Source of the DNA: a virus
Lineage: Duplodnaviria > Heunggongvirae > Uroviricota > Caudoviricetes
Virus record (IMG/VR): IMGVR_UViG_2671180275_000009
Span: 1-40,622 of that record
DNA length: 40,622 nt
Direction: 5' to 3' (one strand)
This document shows, piece by piece, positions 17,839-26,153 of this stretch (its first letter is position 1; the number at the start of each line of letters is the position of its first letter). A program made the position numbers and the translations under genes. The notes under the pieces are model-generated. The model saw only the letters and a list, made by a program, of their open reading frames with translations, searched no databases and was not told the DNA's origin.

Positions 17839-19147
17839 TCTGGGTTATGCCGCCACGCTTCCCTCAAAAGAGGCGGTGGCATACTTCCGCGCCAAAGGGG
17901 CGCATATCAGCTGGAACTGGTTCGAAACAGACGCGGATGTTCATGCCCGTTCATTCACGGCGGCAAAAGTGGCACGCCTGGACGTACTGACCACACTACA
18001 GGCGGAAGTGCAGCGTGCTGTTGATGAGGGGATTTCACAGAAAGCATTTATTCGCACGCTGACACCCCGCCTGCAAAAGCTGGGATGGTGGGGAAAACAG
18101 ATTGTGGTGGACAGTGCCGGTAACGCGGAAGAAGTGCAGCTGGGCAGTCCCCGCCGTCTGGCGCTGATTTACAACGTGAACACCCGTGTGGCTTACAATG
18201 CCGGGCGTTACACGCAGATGATGAACAACACGGACACGCATCCGTTCTGGCAGTATGTGGCGGTGATGGACAGCCGCACCCGCCCGGCACATTCCGCCTT
18301 TAACGGGCTGGTATTCCGCTATGACGATCCGTTCTGGAATACACACTACCCGCCCAATGGCTGGAACTGCCGCTGCCGTGTCCGGCCATTATCTCAGGCC
18401 CGTCTGGATGCAATGGGGTTATCCGTTTCATCCGGTCAGGATCATCTCTCCACCCGCAATGTTGAGGCTGGCGTGGATAAGCAGACCGGAGAAGTCAGAG
18501 AAATGCCGGTGACCACATATTCAGATGGCACCAGAACCATGACACCGGATGTGGGCTGGTCATATAACCCCGGTTCGGCGGCGTTCGGCACAGACCAGGC
18601 GCTGATCCGTAAACTGATCGAGGTGAAAAGCCCGGCGTTACGGGAAATGGTGGTTCAGGAGATGAACAACAGCCCGGAGCGGCAGCTGGCGTTCCGCATC
18701 TGGGCAAAAAACATCATGAAGACCCGGCGAGGTGGTCACGATATCCGCACGCTGGGCTTTATGACCGAAAGTATTGCGCAGGCGGTGGAAAGCCGGACGG
18801 GAACGCCACCGGCCCGCCTGCTGGCGATGAGCGGTAAAAATGTGCTCCATGCGGACAGCGTGAAACATCAGAATGACGGCATTGCCCTGACGCCGGAGGA
18901 TTTCGGGCGATTACCGGCAATGCTGGCCGCGCCTGATGCCGTGCTGTGGGATCATGTCCATCAGAATCTGCTTTACATCACTGAAACCCGTGACGGAACG
19001 GCAAAGATTGCCGTCAATGCGCCTTATAGTGTGAAACGTCAGCCGGATAAGCTGGATGTGGTGATTAATGCCTACAGAGTCAAAAAGGAGGCATTACTTG
19101 ATGATCTGCGCGGTGGAAAGCTGGAATTACTGGAGGGTGAATTGTAG
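17822..19147 (+). CDS. Head morphogenesis protein (Mu F / gp30-like)
   Basis: 441-aa ORF after portal, order-based assignment. Confidence 0.65.
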   Translation: MAQGIDLGYAATLPSKEAVAYFRAKGAHISWNWFETDADVHARSFTAAKVARLDVLTTLQAEVQRAVDEGISQKAFIRTLTPRLQKLGWWGKQIVVDSAGNAEEVQLGSPRRLALIYNVNTRVAYNAGRYTQMMNNTDTHPFWQYVAVMDSRTRPAHSAFNGLVFRYDDPFWNTHYPPNGWNCRCRVRPLSQARLDAMGLSVSSGQDHLSTRNVEAGVDKQTGEVREMPVTTYSDGTRTMTPDVGWSYNPGSAAFGTDQALIRKLIEVKSPALREMVVQEMNNSPERQLAFRIWAKNIMKTRRGGHDIRTLGFMTESIAQAVESRTGTPPARLLAMSGKNVLHADSVKHQNDGIALTPEDFGRLPAMLAAPDAVLWDHVHQNLLYITETRDGTAKIAVNAPYSVKRQPDKLDVVINAYRVKKEALLDDLRGGKLELLEGEL

Positions 19148-19231
19148 GTCGGTGGCGGGGGTCGAACCCGCATAAACATCCCTCAGGAAAAAACCATCAG
19201 GCGCCGCTTTACCAGTTAAGAGTACACCGAC
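19148..19231 (-). ncRNA. tRNA-like structure (acceptor stem plus T-arm) between the F-like and G-like genes
   Basis: On the minus strand: GTCGGTG ... GCGGG TTCGACC CCCGC CACCGAC, i.e. a perfect 7-bp acceptor stem and 5-bp T-stem with a TTCGA-type loop; D and anticodon arms are not canonical. Confidence 0.25.
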
Positions 19232-19269
19232 CTGCTTTTATTTTAACCAGGTAGTTTCACGGAGGCAAT

Positions 19270-19743
19270 ATGTCATCCATTGATGCCGCTGTCGTTGTTG
19301 ACGTTACGCGTCTCCAGCGGGTGTTTGCCCGGCTTCAGTTTGTGGGGGGCGGAAAAGACCTGGCCCGCAGTGTGGCGTCCAGCCTTCTGTCATCCTCAGA
19401 AATGGCGTTTGAACAGGAAAAAGAGCCGGACGGCGAACGCTGGCATGACTGGTCAGATCCTTACCGCAAGTGGCGTACCCGTAAGGGATACACGCCCGGC
19501 AAAATCCTGACGCTGAACGGCGATCTGGCCCGCCGCCTGACCACGGATTATGGCGATACCTGGGCGCTGATTGGATCAAATGAACCTTATGCAGCCATTC
19601 ATCAGTGGGGTGGCCTGCCTGGTATGCCACCGGGACTGGCAGCCATTGGCGCACGTCCGTATATGGGCTTTGATGAGGTGGCTGAACAGGAGATCATGGA
19701 CGAAATCAGAAAACGCTTTAAAAAGGCCACAGAAACGCCTTAA
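19270..19743 (+). CDS. Mu G (gp31)-like virion protein
   Basis: 157-aa ORF in the Mu G position. Confidence 0.5.
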   Translation: MSSIDAAVVVDVTRLQRVFARLQFVGGGKDLARSVASSLLSSSEMAFEQEKEPDGERWHDWSDPYRKWRTRKGYTPGKILTLNGDLARRLTTDYGDTWALIGSNEPYAAIHQWGGLPGMPPGLAAIGARPYMGFDEVAEQEIMDEIRKRFKKATETP

Positions 19744-19919
19744 TTGTTTAAGGTATGCAAATGCATTACCTTACCCCCTTCAGGCGCGTGTCGTGATTTT
19801 CTAACCTGTATTTAACGGGCTTTAAAATCTGCGTGAAGCGCCTTTGTATTTTTCCCCTGAAAGCACTTCCTGAAATCCCGCAAAACCCGCCCTGAAAATT
19901 CCCGGCTTATGCTGCCGGA

Positions 19920-21044
19920 ATGAAGACGAAAAACACGCCCAAACTTGCTTATGCCATTCTGAATGCCATCAGCCTGTCCGCAGACGGGGACGGTGACTGG
20001 TGTCAGATCATGCCAGCCGGTCGGGTAAAGGCCCGTGACGGTCGCCCGGAAAAACCGGCTGAAGGCTGGCTGATTAACCGTGCGACCGTTGAGCGCATGG
20101 TATCCCGGGTTGTGGCGCTCAATCAGCCGGTAAAAATTGACTACAACCACCAGACCCTGATTAAGGGGCATCAGGCACCGGCTGCCGGTTTTGTGACGGC
20201 TTCACCGGAAAACTTCCGCTTCAGTGAAGAGCGTGGCTTCGAGGTGCGCCCGAAGTGGAACCCTCCGGCCCTTGAACATCTGCGTAATAACGAATTCCCC
20301 TGGTTTTCACCGGTGATTGGCTATGACGAGAACACCGGCGAACCTGTCGAACTTCGGATGCTGGCTATTACCGGTGACCCCGGTCTGACCGGCATGAATC
20401 CTGTCGCCGCGCTGTCGGCGGATGACCTTTATAACGCCTTAAACCCTCCTTTAAAGGATACCTCCATGAATGAGCAATTACGCCAGTTGCTGACGGCGCT
20501 CGGTCTGACCGTGGCTGACGGTGACGAATTTACGCCGGAGCTGGGCACGGCGGCGCTGTCTGCCCTCACCGGGATCAAAACCCGTGCGGATGCACACGAC
20601 AACCTGAAAACACAGGTCGCCAGTCTGTCGGCAGAGCTGGAAACCGCAAAAGGCACACCGGCTGGCGGCAGTATTGATCTGACGAAATACGTGCCCGTTG
20701 AGACGTATAACGCCCTGCGTACCGAATATGTCGCGCTGTCGGCACAGCACGGCAGCACCACGCTGGAGCAGTTGCTGGATAAGGCCGAGTCCGAAGGACG
20801 CATTTTCAAAAGCGAACGCGGATACATGGAAGGACTCGGACAACAGATTGGCGTTGCAGCACTTTCTGCGCAGCTTGACGCCCGCCAGCCGGTTGCGGCT
20901 CTGACCGGTCTTCAGACCGACACCGTGACCGTGCCGGATAAAAAGACCGCCACCGCCTCGCTGTCGGCTGAAGATATCGCCGCCGCCCATCTTCTGGGTA
21001 AAACCGAAGCCGAATTCCTGAAAATGAAAGAGGAAATGCAATAA
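19920..21044 (+). CDS. Head maturation protease / scaffold (Mu I, gp32-like)
   Basis: 374-aa ORF directly upstream of the major head gene, with coiled-coil C-terminal half. Confidence 0.7.
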   Translation: MKTKNTPKLAYAILNAISLSADGDGDWCQIMPAGRVKARDGRPEKPAEGWLINRATVERMVSRVVALNQPVKIDYNHQTLIKGHQAPAAGFVTASPENFRFSEERGFEVRPKWNPPALEHLRNNEFPWFSPVIGYDENTGEPVELRMLAITGDPGLTGMNPVAALSADDLYNALNPPLKDTSMNEQLRQLLTALGLTVADGDEFTPELGTAALSALTGIKTRADAHDNLKTQVASLSAELETAKGTPAGGSIDLTKYVPVETYNALRTEYVALSAQHGSTTLEQLLDKAESEGRIFKSERGYMEGLGQQIGVAALSAQLDARQPVAALTGLQTDTVTVPDKKTATASLSAEDIAAAHLLGKTEAEFLKMKEEMQ

Positions 21045-21991
21045 TGCCTACCCCGATTACACCGGCGATGATCACCGCCCTGATGACGGGCTACCGTTCT
21101 GATTTTCAGGCCGGGATGTCCATGGCCCCGTCGCAGTACAAAAAAATTGCGATGACCGTGCCCTCCACCTCGAAATCCAACACCTACGGCTGGCTGGGGC
21201 AGTTCCCGCAGTTCCGTGAGTGGATCGGCTCCCGCGTCATCGAGAAGATGAAGGCCTATGGCTATGCCATCGTGAACAAAACCTTTGAAGGCACCGTCGC
21301 CATTAACCGTGATGACTTCGAAGACGATAACCTCGGTATTTATTCCCCGTTGTTCCAGGAGATGGGGCGCGCTGCTGCGGCACAACCGGATGAACTGGTC
21401 TTTGCTGCTCTTCGTGACGGGATTAATGCGGCCTGCTATGACGGCCAGAACTTCTTTGATACCGAACATCCTGTTTACCCCAAAGTGGATGGCTCCGGGG
21501 ATGCGCAGATGGTCAGCAATATGTTTGTGGCAAAAACCGGCTCTGTCGGTGCACAGGCGGATTACAGCGGTCCTGCCTGGTATCTGCTCGACTGTTCACG
21601 CGCAATCAAACCGCTGATTTATCAGGATCGCCGTAAGGCTGAACTGGTTGCCCAGACCAAAGTCGATGAAGGTCGCGCATTCACCGATAACGAATTTGTG
21701 TTCGGTGCTTCCGCCCGTCGCAATGTGGGCTACGGCTTCTGGCAGATGGCCTACATGATGCAGTCACCGCTGACGCTGGATGCACTGTGGCACGGCTGGT
21801 CAGCCATGCGCGAATTTACCGCTGACGGTGGCCGCAAGCTCGGCATCAAACCCACCCATATTGTTGTCCCCACCTCGCTGGAAAAACAGGCGGTGCAGCT
21901 GCTGGAGCGTGAACTGTTCGCAGACGGAAACGCCACCGTCTCTAACGAGATGAAGGGCAAGCTGGAGCTGGTTGTCGCGGATTATCTGTAA
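21044..21991 (+). CDS. Major head subunit (Mu T, gp34-like)
   Basis: 315-aa ORF after protease/scaffold; start overlaps the upstream stop. Confidence 0.75.
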   Translation: MPTPITPAMITALMTGYRSDFQAGMSMAPSQYKKIAMTVPSTSKSNTYGWLGQFPQFREWIGSRVIEKMKAYGYAIVNKTFEGTVAINRDDFEDDNLGIYSPLFQEMGRAAAAQPDELVFAALRDGINAACYDGQNFFDTEHPVYPKVDGSGDAQMVSNMFVAKTGSVGAQADYSGPAWYLLDCSRAIKPLIYQDRRKAELVAQTKVDEGRAFTDNEFVFGASARRNVGYGFWQMAYMMQSPLTLDALWHGWSAMREFTADGGRKLGIKPTHIVVPTSLEKQAVQLLERELFADGNATVSNEMKGKLELVVADYL

Positions 21992-22034
21992 ACGGTGAGC
22001 CGGGCTTACGGCCCGGCCCCTGCGGAGGGCAAAT

Positions 22035-22412
22035 ATGAATGAACATCACACTGTGGCAGCAACAGATGATTCAGGTCTTCAGGTCAGTGGTGACAATTCT
22101 GTCACGGTGCTGGCAGAAGTGCGTTGCAGTCGTTCGGCGTTTCGTCGTGCGGGGTTCCTGTTCACGCGTGGACGTCAGCAGGTTGAGGTCACCCCGGAGC
22201 AGCTTGCCCGACTGGAGGCGGAGCCATGCCTCACTGTGCGAATACTACAGACGCCTGCTGATGATGCGGGGAGCGTGGCGGGTGTGGTTCATGCAGTGGC
22301 CGGTACAGATTTAGCCGAAGCCGAAGCCGAAGCCGAAGCCGAAGCCGGACAGGATGCTCCCCGGAAAAAGACCGGTAACAAAGCGAAACAGGCGAAAAAG
22401 GCCCGCGCATGA
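22035..22412 (+). CDS. Hypothetical head-associated protein with an internal (Ala-Glu)n repeat and basic C-terminus
   Basis: 125-aa ORF; ...LAEAEAEAEAEAGQDAPRKKTGNKAKQAKKARA. Confidence 0.55.
   Translation: MNEHHTVAATDDSGLQVSGDNSVTVLAEVRCSRSAFRRAGFLFTRGRQQVEVTPEQLARLEAEPCLTVRILQTPADDAGSVAGVVHAVAGTDLAEAEAEAEAEAGQDAPRKKTGNKAKQAKKARA
22314..22349 (+). repeat. Hexanucleotide tandem repeat: GCCGAA x5 plus GCCGGA
   Basis: Directly visible; in frame, encoding (AE)5-AG. Confidence 0.95.
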
Positions 22413-22828
22413 ATTACGCCACTGAAAGCGATATGCGGGCGCGTTACCGCGAGGATTTGCTCAGGCCGTTACTGGCAGTGCCCCGTTCGGATGAGCTGGA
22501 CACGCGCAAGCTGAACCGGGCGCTGACAGATGCGTCAGCCCTTATCGACAGCTATCTGTCCGCCCGTTACACGCTGCCGCTGGAGGTTATCCCGGCTGTT
22601 CTTGTTCAGCACTGTTGCGCGATTGCCTTTTATTACCTGTGCGATCAGCGAGCCTCCGATCAGGCGCGTGACCGTTACCGTGAAGCGCTGGCCTGGCTGA
22701 AAGATGTCATGAACGGCAATGTGCCGGTAGGTGTGGATACGAACGGTGCGGCCCCTGAATCCGGGGATTTACCACAGGTTCAGTCTGATGCAGCGGTATT
22801 CGGGCGCAACCAGAAGGGCTTCATATGA
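22409..22828 (+). CDS. Mu gp36-like head-tail connecting protein
   Basis: 139-aa ORF, position. Confidence 0.5.
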   Translation: MNYATESDMRARYREDLLRPLLAVPRSDELDTRKLNRALTDASALIDSYLSARYTLPLEVIPAVLVQHCCAIAFYYLCDQRASDQARDRYREALAWLKDVMNGNVPVGVDTNGAAPESGDLPQVQSDAAVFGRNQKGFI

Positions 22829-23385
22829 TTACGGAAACCGAACAGGCATACATCGCCCGTATCCGTGAGTATTTCGGGAATGAACTTGTGTCTGTTGACA
22901 CGCATCCCGGCGACTGGAGCGACAGCGTACTGCGCACCATGCTGATTAACGCTCCGGCGATCTACGTTGCCTGGCTGGGTGCCGGTGAAGGCCGTACCCG
23001 TGGTCGCCTGGTCAGTCACTGGGTGTTCTACGTCATCGGCGACATGCTCAACGGGCGTGAGGCCAGCCGTCCCGGACTGTATCAGATTGTGGCCCGGCTG
23101 ATTGCCGTGCTTAACGGCTTCAGAACCGAAAAAACCTCACCGCTTTACTTTGAAAAGGCGGTCAACGGTTACACCGAAACCCAGGCGAACAGTGGTGCGG
23201 TGATGTATGCGCTTTATTTCTCCTGCGAGGAAATGATCGCACCGCTGACCGATATCAGCTCGCTGGACGACTTCCTGCGTCATTACGAAACCTTTGTGGA
23301 GCCGCCCGGTACGCCGCCGTTTGAGGCACATATTGATTTGCCGGGGAACACGACAACGGCGGTCGAACCGCCGGAGGAACTGTAA
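22825..23385 (+). CDS. Mu gp37-like protein
   Basis: 186-aa ORF, position. Confidence 0.5.
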   Translation: MITETEQAYIARIREYFGNELVSVDTHPGDWSDSVLRTMLINAPAIYVAWLGAGEGRTRGRLVSHWVFYVIGDMLNGREASRPGLYQIVARLIAVLNGFRTEKTSPLYFEKAVNGYTETQANSGAVMYALYFSCEEMIAPLTDISSLDDFLRHYETFVEPPGTPPFEAHIDLPGNTTTAVEPPEEL

Positions 23386-23664
23386 ATGAAAACCATCTTT
23401 ATCAAACCCGCGCCGGGACGCCTGATTCGTGATCCCGACACAATGCGCCCGCTGGCACAGGAGGGGGAGGAAAAAACCTTCACGCCGTTCTGGTGTCGGC
23501 GTCTTGATGACGGCGATGTCATTCAGCCTGGAAGCCTGCCGGAAAGTGAAGCTCCCGCCGTGACGGAAGAAAACAGTGATAACGACATGGCGATGAATGC
23601 CGACCCGGTTATGGACAGTGACACGGTATCCGGCCCCGCAGTCTCAGATGAGGAAACGCTCTGA
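23386..23664 (+). CDS. Mu gp38-like small acidic protein
   Basis: 92-aa ORF before the sheath gene. Confidence 0.45.
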   Translation: MKTIFIKPAPGRLIRDPDTMRPLAQEGEEKTFTPFWCRRLDDGDVIQPGSLPESEAPAVTEENSDNDMAMNADPVMDSDTVSGPAVSDEETL

Positions 23665-25166
23665 TGATCAGTTTTAATCAGATTGGGGATGATAACCGCA
23701 TCCCGCTTGTACAGATTGAATTTGATAATTCCATGGCCGTCACCGGCACCCCGGCGCAACGTCAGTCTGTGTTGCTGTTCGGGCAGGCTGCCATGAAAGA
23801 CACCGCCGTACAGGGTTCCGGTCAACTGGACATTCCTGTACGTATTACCCGTGCATCTCAGGCAAGAGAGCTTTGGGGGCGTGGTTCCATGATTGCGCTG
23901 ATGGTGGCGGAATTCATCGCCATTAATCCCGACACAGAGTTATATGCCATTGCCCAGGGGGCGGGCACTGGTCAGCCGCAGGCGTGTGTGATGAATATCA
24001 TTGGTACGGCGACGGCAGACGGTGTGTTATGCGTCTATATTGGTGGTCGCCGTTATCTGCTGGCTGTCGGTACAGGGCAAAAAGGTAAAGCGCTTGTGGA
24101 AGCACTTGTGAAGGTCATTAACGCCGATGTTGATGCACCATTCACGGCTTATGCAGCAGAAGTCAGTGGAGATAATGCTGAAGGCCTTAAAGGCAGTATG
24201 GGGGTGAATGCCCGTTTTACCGGTGAGTGCTCAGTTCATGATTTACGTGTGAACTATTACGACGGTGAAACCACCCCTTCCGGCCTTACATTGCAGATAA
24301 CATCTCCAAAACAGAAGGCCACAAACCCGGATATCACCCGCAGCGTGGCGGGGATGGGGGATCGTCAGTACAACTACATCGTCATGCCCTATAAGGATGA
24401 CGCAAACCTGAAGGTGATCAGCGATGAACTGCTGAAACGCTGGGGACCGGTCAAAATGTCCGATGGAGTCATCTGGATGGCTCACACGGGCACATTCGGA
24501 GAAGTACAGGCGTTCGGTGAAAAACGTAACGATTTTCTTGCTACCTGTACGGCTATTCCAAAAGCACCGGAACCCGATTATCTGTGGGCAGCCTCGGTGT
24601 GTGCGACATGCGCACCGTCATTATCTTCGGATCCGGCACGTCCACTTCAGACACTGGCCATCACGCCCCGACTGGCACCCGCCGCAGCGGATCGTCTGAC
24701 CCGTGAAGAGCGAAACAGCCTGCTGTGGAGCGGTATCGCTACAGTAACCGTCGCAACCGGTGATGTGGTGCAAATCGAACGTCAGGTGACGATGTATCGT
24801 CAGAACGCCTATGGAGACAATGACCCCAGCTATCTGGATGTGGAAACCGTCTACACCCTTTCATATCTGCGTTACTCCCTGCGAACGTTCATCACGCAGC
24901 GTTTTCCGCGCCATAAGCTGGCGGATAATGGCACACCGGTGAGCGCGGGACAGAATATTGTAACCCCGGAAATCATGACGCTTCAGTTGATTGCTCTGGG
25001 TGAGGAATGGGTCGATCAGGGGTTGGTCGAGAACCTGGACACTTTTAAAAAGAATCTGCTCGTGGAGCGTAACACATCAGATCGCAACCGCCTTGATGTG
25101 TTGTGCACACCGGACCTGGTTAACCAGTTCCGCTTTATGGCCGCGCAGATCCGTTTCATTTTGTGA
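23664..25166 (+). CDS. Contractile tail sheath protein
   Basis: 500-aa ORF followed by a ~120-aa tube gene, the standard myovirus arrangement. Confidence 0.8.
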   Translation: MISFNQIGDDNRIPLVQIEFDNSMAVTGTPAQRQSVLLFGQAAMKDTAVQGSGQLDIPVRITRASQARELWGRGSMIALMVAEFIAINPDTELYAIAQGAGTGQPQACVMNIIGTATADGVLCVYIGGRRYLLAVGTGQKGKALVEALVKVINADVDAPFTAYAAEVSGDNAEGLKGSMGVNARFTGECSVHDLRVNYYDGETTPSGLTLQITSPKQKATNPDITRSVAGMGDRQYNYIVMPYKDDANLKVISDELLKRWGPVKMSDGVIWMAHTGTFGEVQAFGEKRNDFLATCTAIPKAPEPDYLWAASVCATCAPSLSSDPARPLQTLAITPRLAPAAADRLTREERNSLLWSGIATVTVATGDVVQIERQVTMYRQNAYGDNDPSYLDVETVYTLSYLRYSLRTFITQRFPRHKLADNGTPVSAGQNIVTPEIMTLQLIALGEEWVDQGLVENLDTFKKNLLVERNTSDRNRLDVLCTPDLVNQFRFMAAQIRFIL

Positions 25167-25174
25167 GGTAATTC

Positions 25175-25540
25175 ATGAGCGGAAAACAGTATCAGGGGAC
25201 CGCAACCATCCGTGTGAACGGTCAGGAGTTTGCCACGCTGGAAGGCGCAACCTTCTCGCCATCCGGTTTTGAACGTGAAGCCGTGAAAGGCGCAAAGGTC
25301 TACGGTTACCGGGAGAAACCCCGTGAGGCCACGCTGGAATGCAAATTTCCGGCCGGTGGTGAAGGCTCGCCGGCAACGGATGAAATCAACAGCTGGAACG
25401 CAGTCACAATTGAATTCGTCGCCGATACCGGTGAAGTCCATATGATGACCAAAGCCTGGAGTGTGGAGCCCGCGTCTTTAGATGGTGGTGGCGATATCTC
25501 TGCGAAGTTCGCCAGCGCAACCAGTACCCGTGTTCAGTAA
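25175..25540 (+). CDS. Tail tube protein
   Basis: 121-aa ORF directly after the sheath gene. Confidence 0.75.
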   Translation: MSGKQYQGTATIRVNGQEFATLEGATFSPSGFEREAVKGAKVYGYREKPREATLECKFPAGGEGSPATDEINSWNAVTIEFVADTGEVHMMTKAWSVEPASLDGGGDISAKFASATSTRVQ

Positions 25541-25549
25541 GGAGCAGTT

Positions 25550-26026
25550 ATGGCATCACGTAAGAAAAAAACAGCGGTTTCAGACGAAGGCGTCATGGAG
25601 GCCATTCGTGAAGCGCTTGAAGGAGGCGATCCGCGCACCGCCGGTCTGACTGAACAACTGGCTAATGGGTATGTGGATCTGCTGGATGGTCTGCCCTGCG
25701 GTGAAAGCCGTGAATACCGTGTCACATTCCGGGAACTGACCGCGAAAGACAGCATTGATGCTGAATCAGAAGCCGAGAAAGTGATGGATACACGTAACGG
25801 TCCGATGCTGATTGCGTCTCCCTCTCTACGGGGGATTGCACTTCTGCGCCGTCAGATTGCCGCTGTCGGTGAGATTCAGGGACCGTTATCCCTCCGCCAG
25901 GTTGGGCAGTTGAGTGAACGTGACCTGTCCCGTCTGATGGCGGCGGTCGGCATTCTGGATACAGCCATGGCCGGAAAGCTGGCGGCTGACCGGGGGCGAG
26001 CAGGCGCAGTGTCGGGCGCAGATTGA
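25550..26026 (+). CDS. Tail assembly chaperone candidate (possibly extended by frameshift to ~26149)
   Basis: 158-aa ORF before the tape measure gene; an overlapping frame is open from ~25941 to stop at 26147-26149. Confidence 0.5.
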   Translation: MASRKKKTAVSDEGVMEAIREALEGGDPRTAGLTEQLANGYVDLLDGLPCGESREYRVTFRELTAKDSIDAESEAEKVMDTRNGPMLIASPSLRGIALLRRQIAAVGEIQGPLSLRQVGQLSERDLSRLMAAVGILDTAMAGKLAADRGRAGAVSGAD

Positions 26027-26153
26027 AGAAGCGGCGATAGTACTGGGGATGGTGACGAAAAGCGGCCCGGAATGGGCGCTTAACCTCCCCTTATCGCAAC
26101 TTTACCGGCACTGCCAACAAACGGAAAAAATCCTTAAAGCGAAGCAGTAAACG

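Noticed and set aside
19148-19232. Calling the F-G intergenic element a bona fide tRNA gene
   Set aside because: Only the acceptor stem and T-arm fit; I could not fold canonical D and anticodon arms and there is no CCA end, so it is reported as a tRNA-like structure only.
20478-21469. Minus-strand ORFs of 185-187 aa (20478..21041, 20912..21469)
   Set aside because: Antisense to the protease/scaffold and major head genes, with no RBS context; the plus-strand genes fit the conserved Mu order.
22314-22349. GCCGAA repeat as a phase-variation on/off switch
   Set aside because: The unit is 6 bp, so copy-number change cannot shift the frame; at most it is a length polymorphism.
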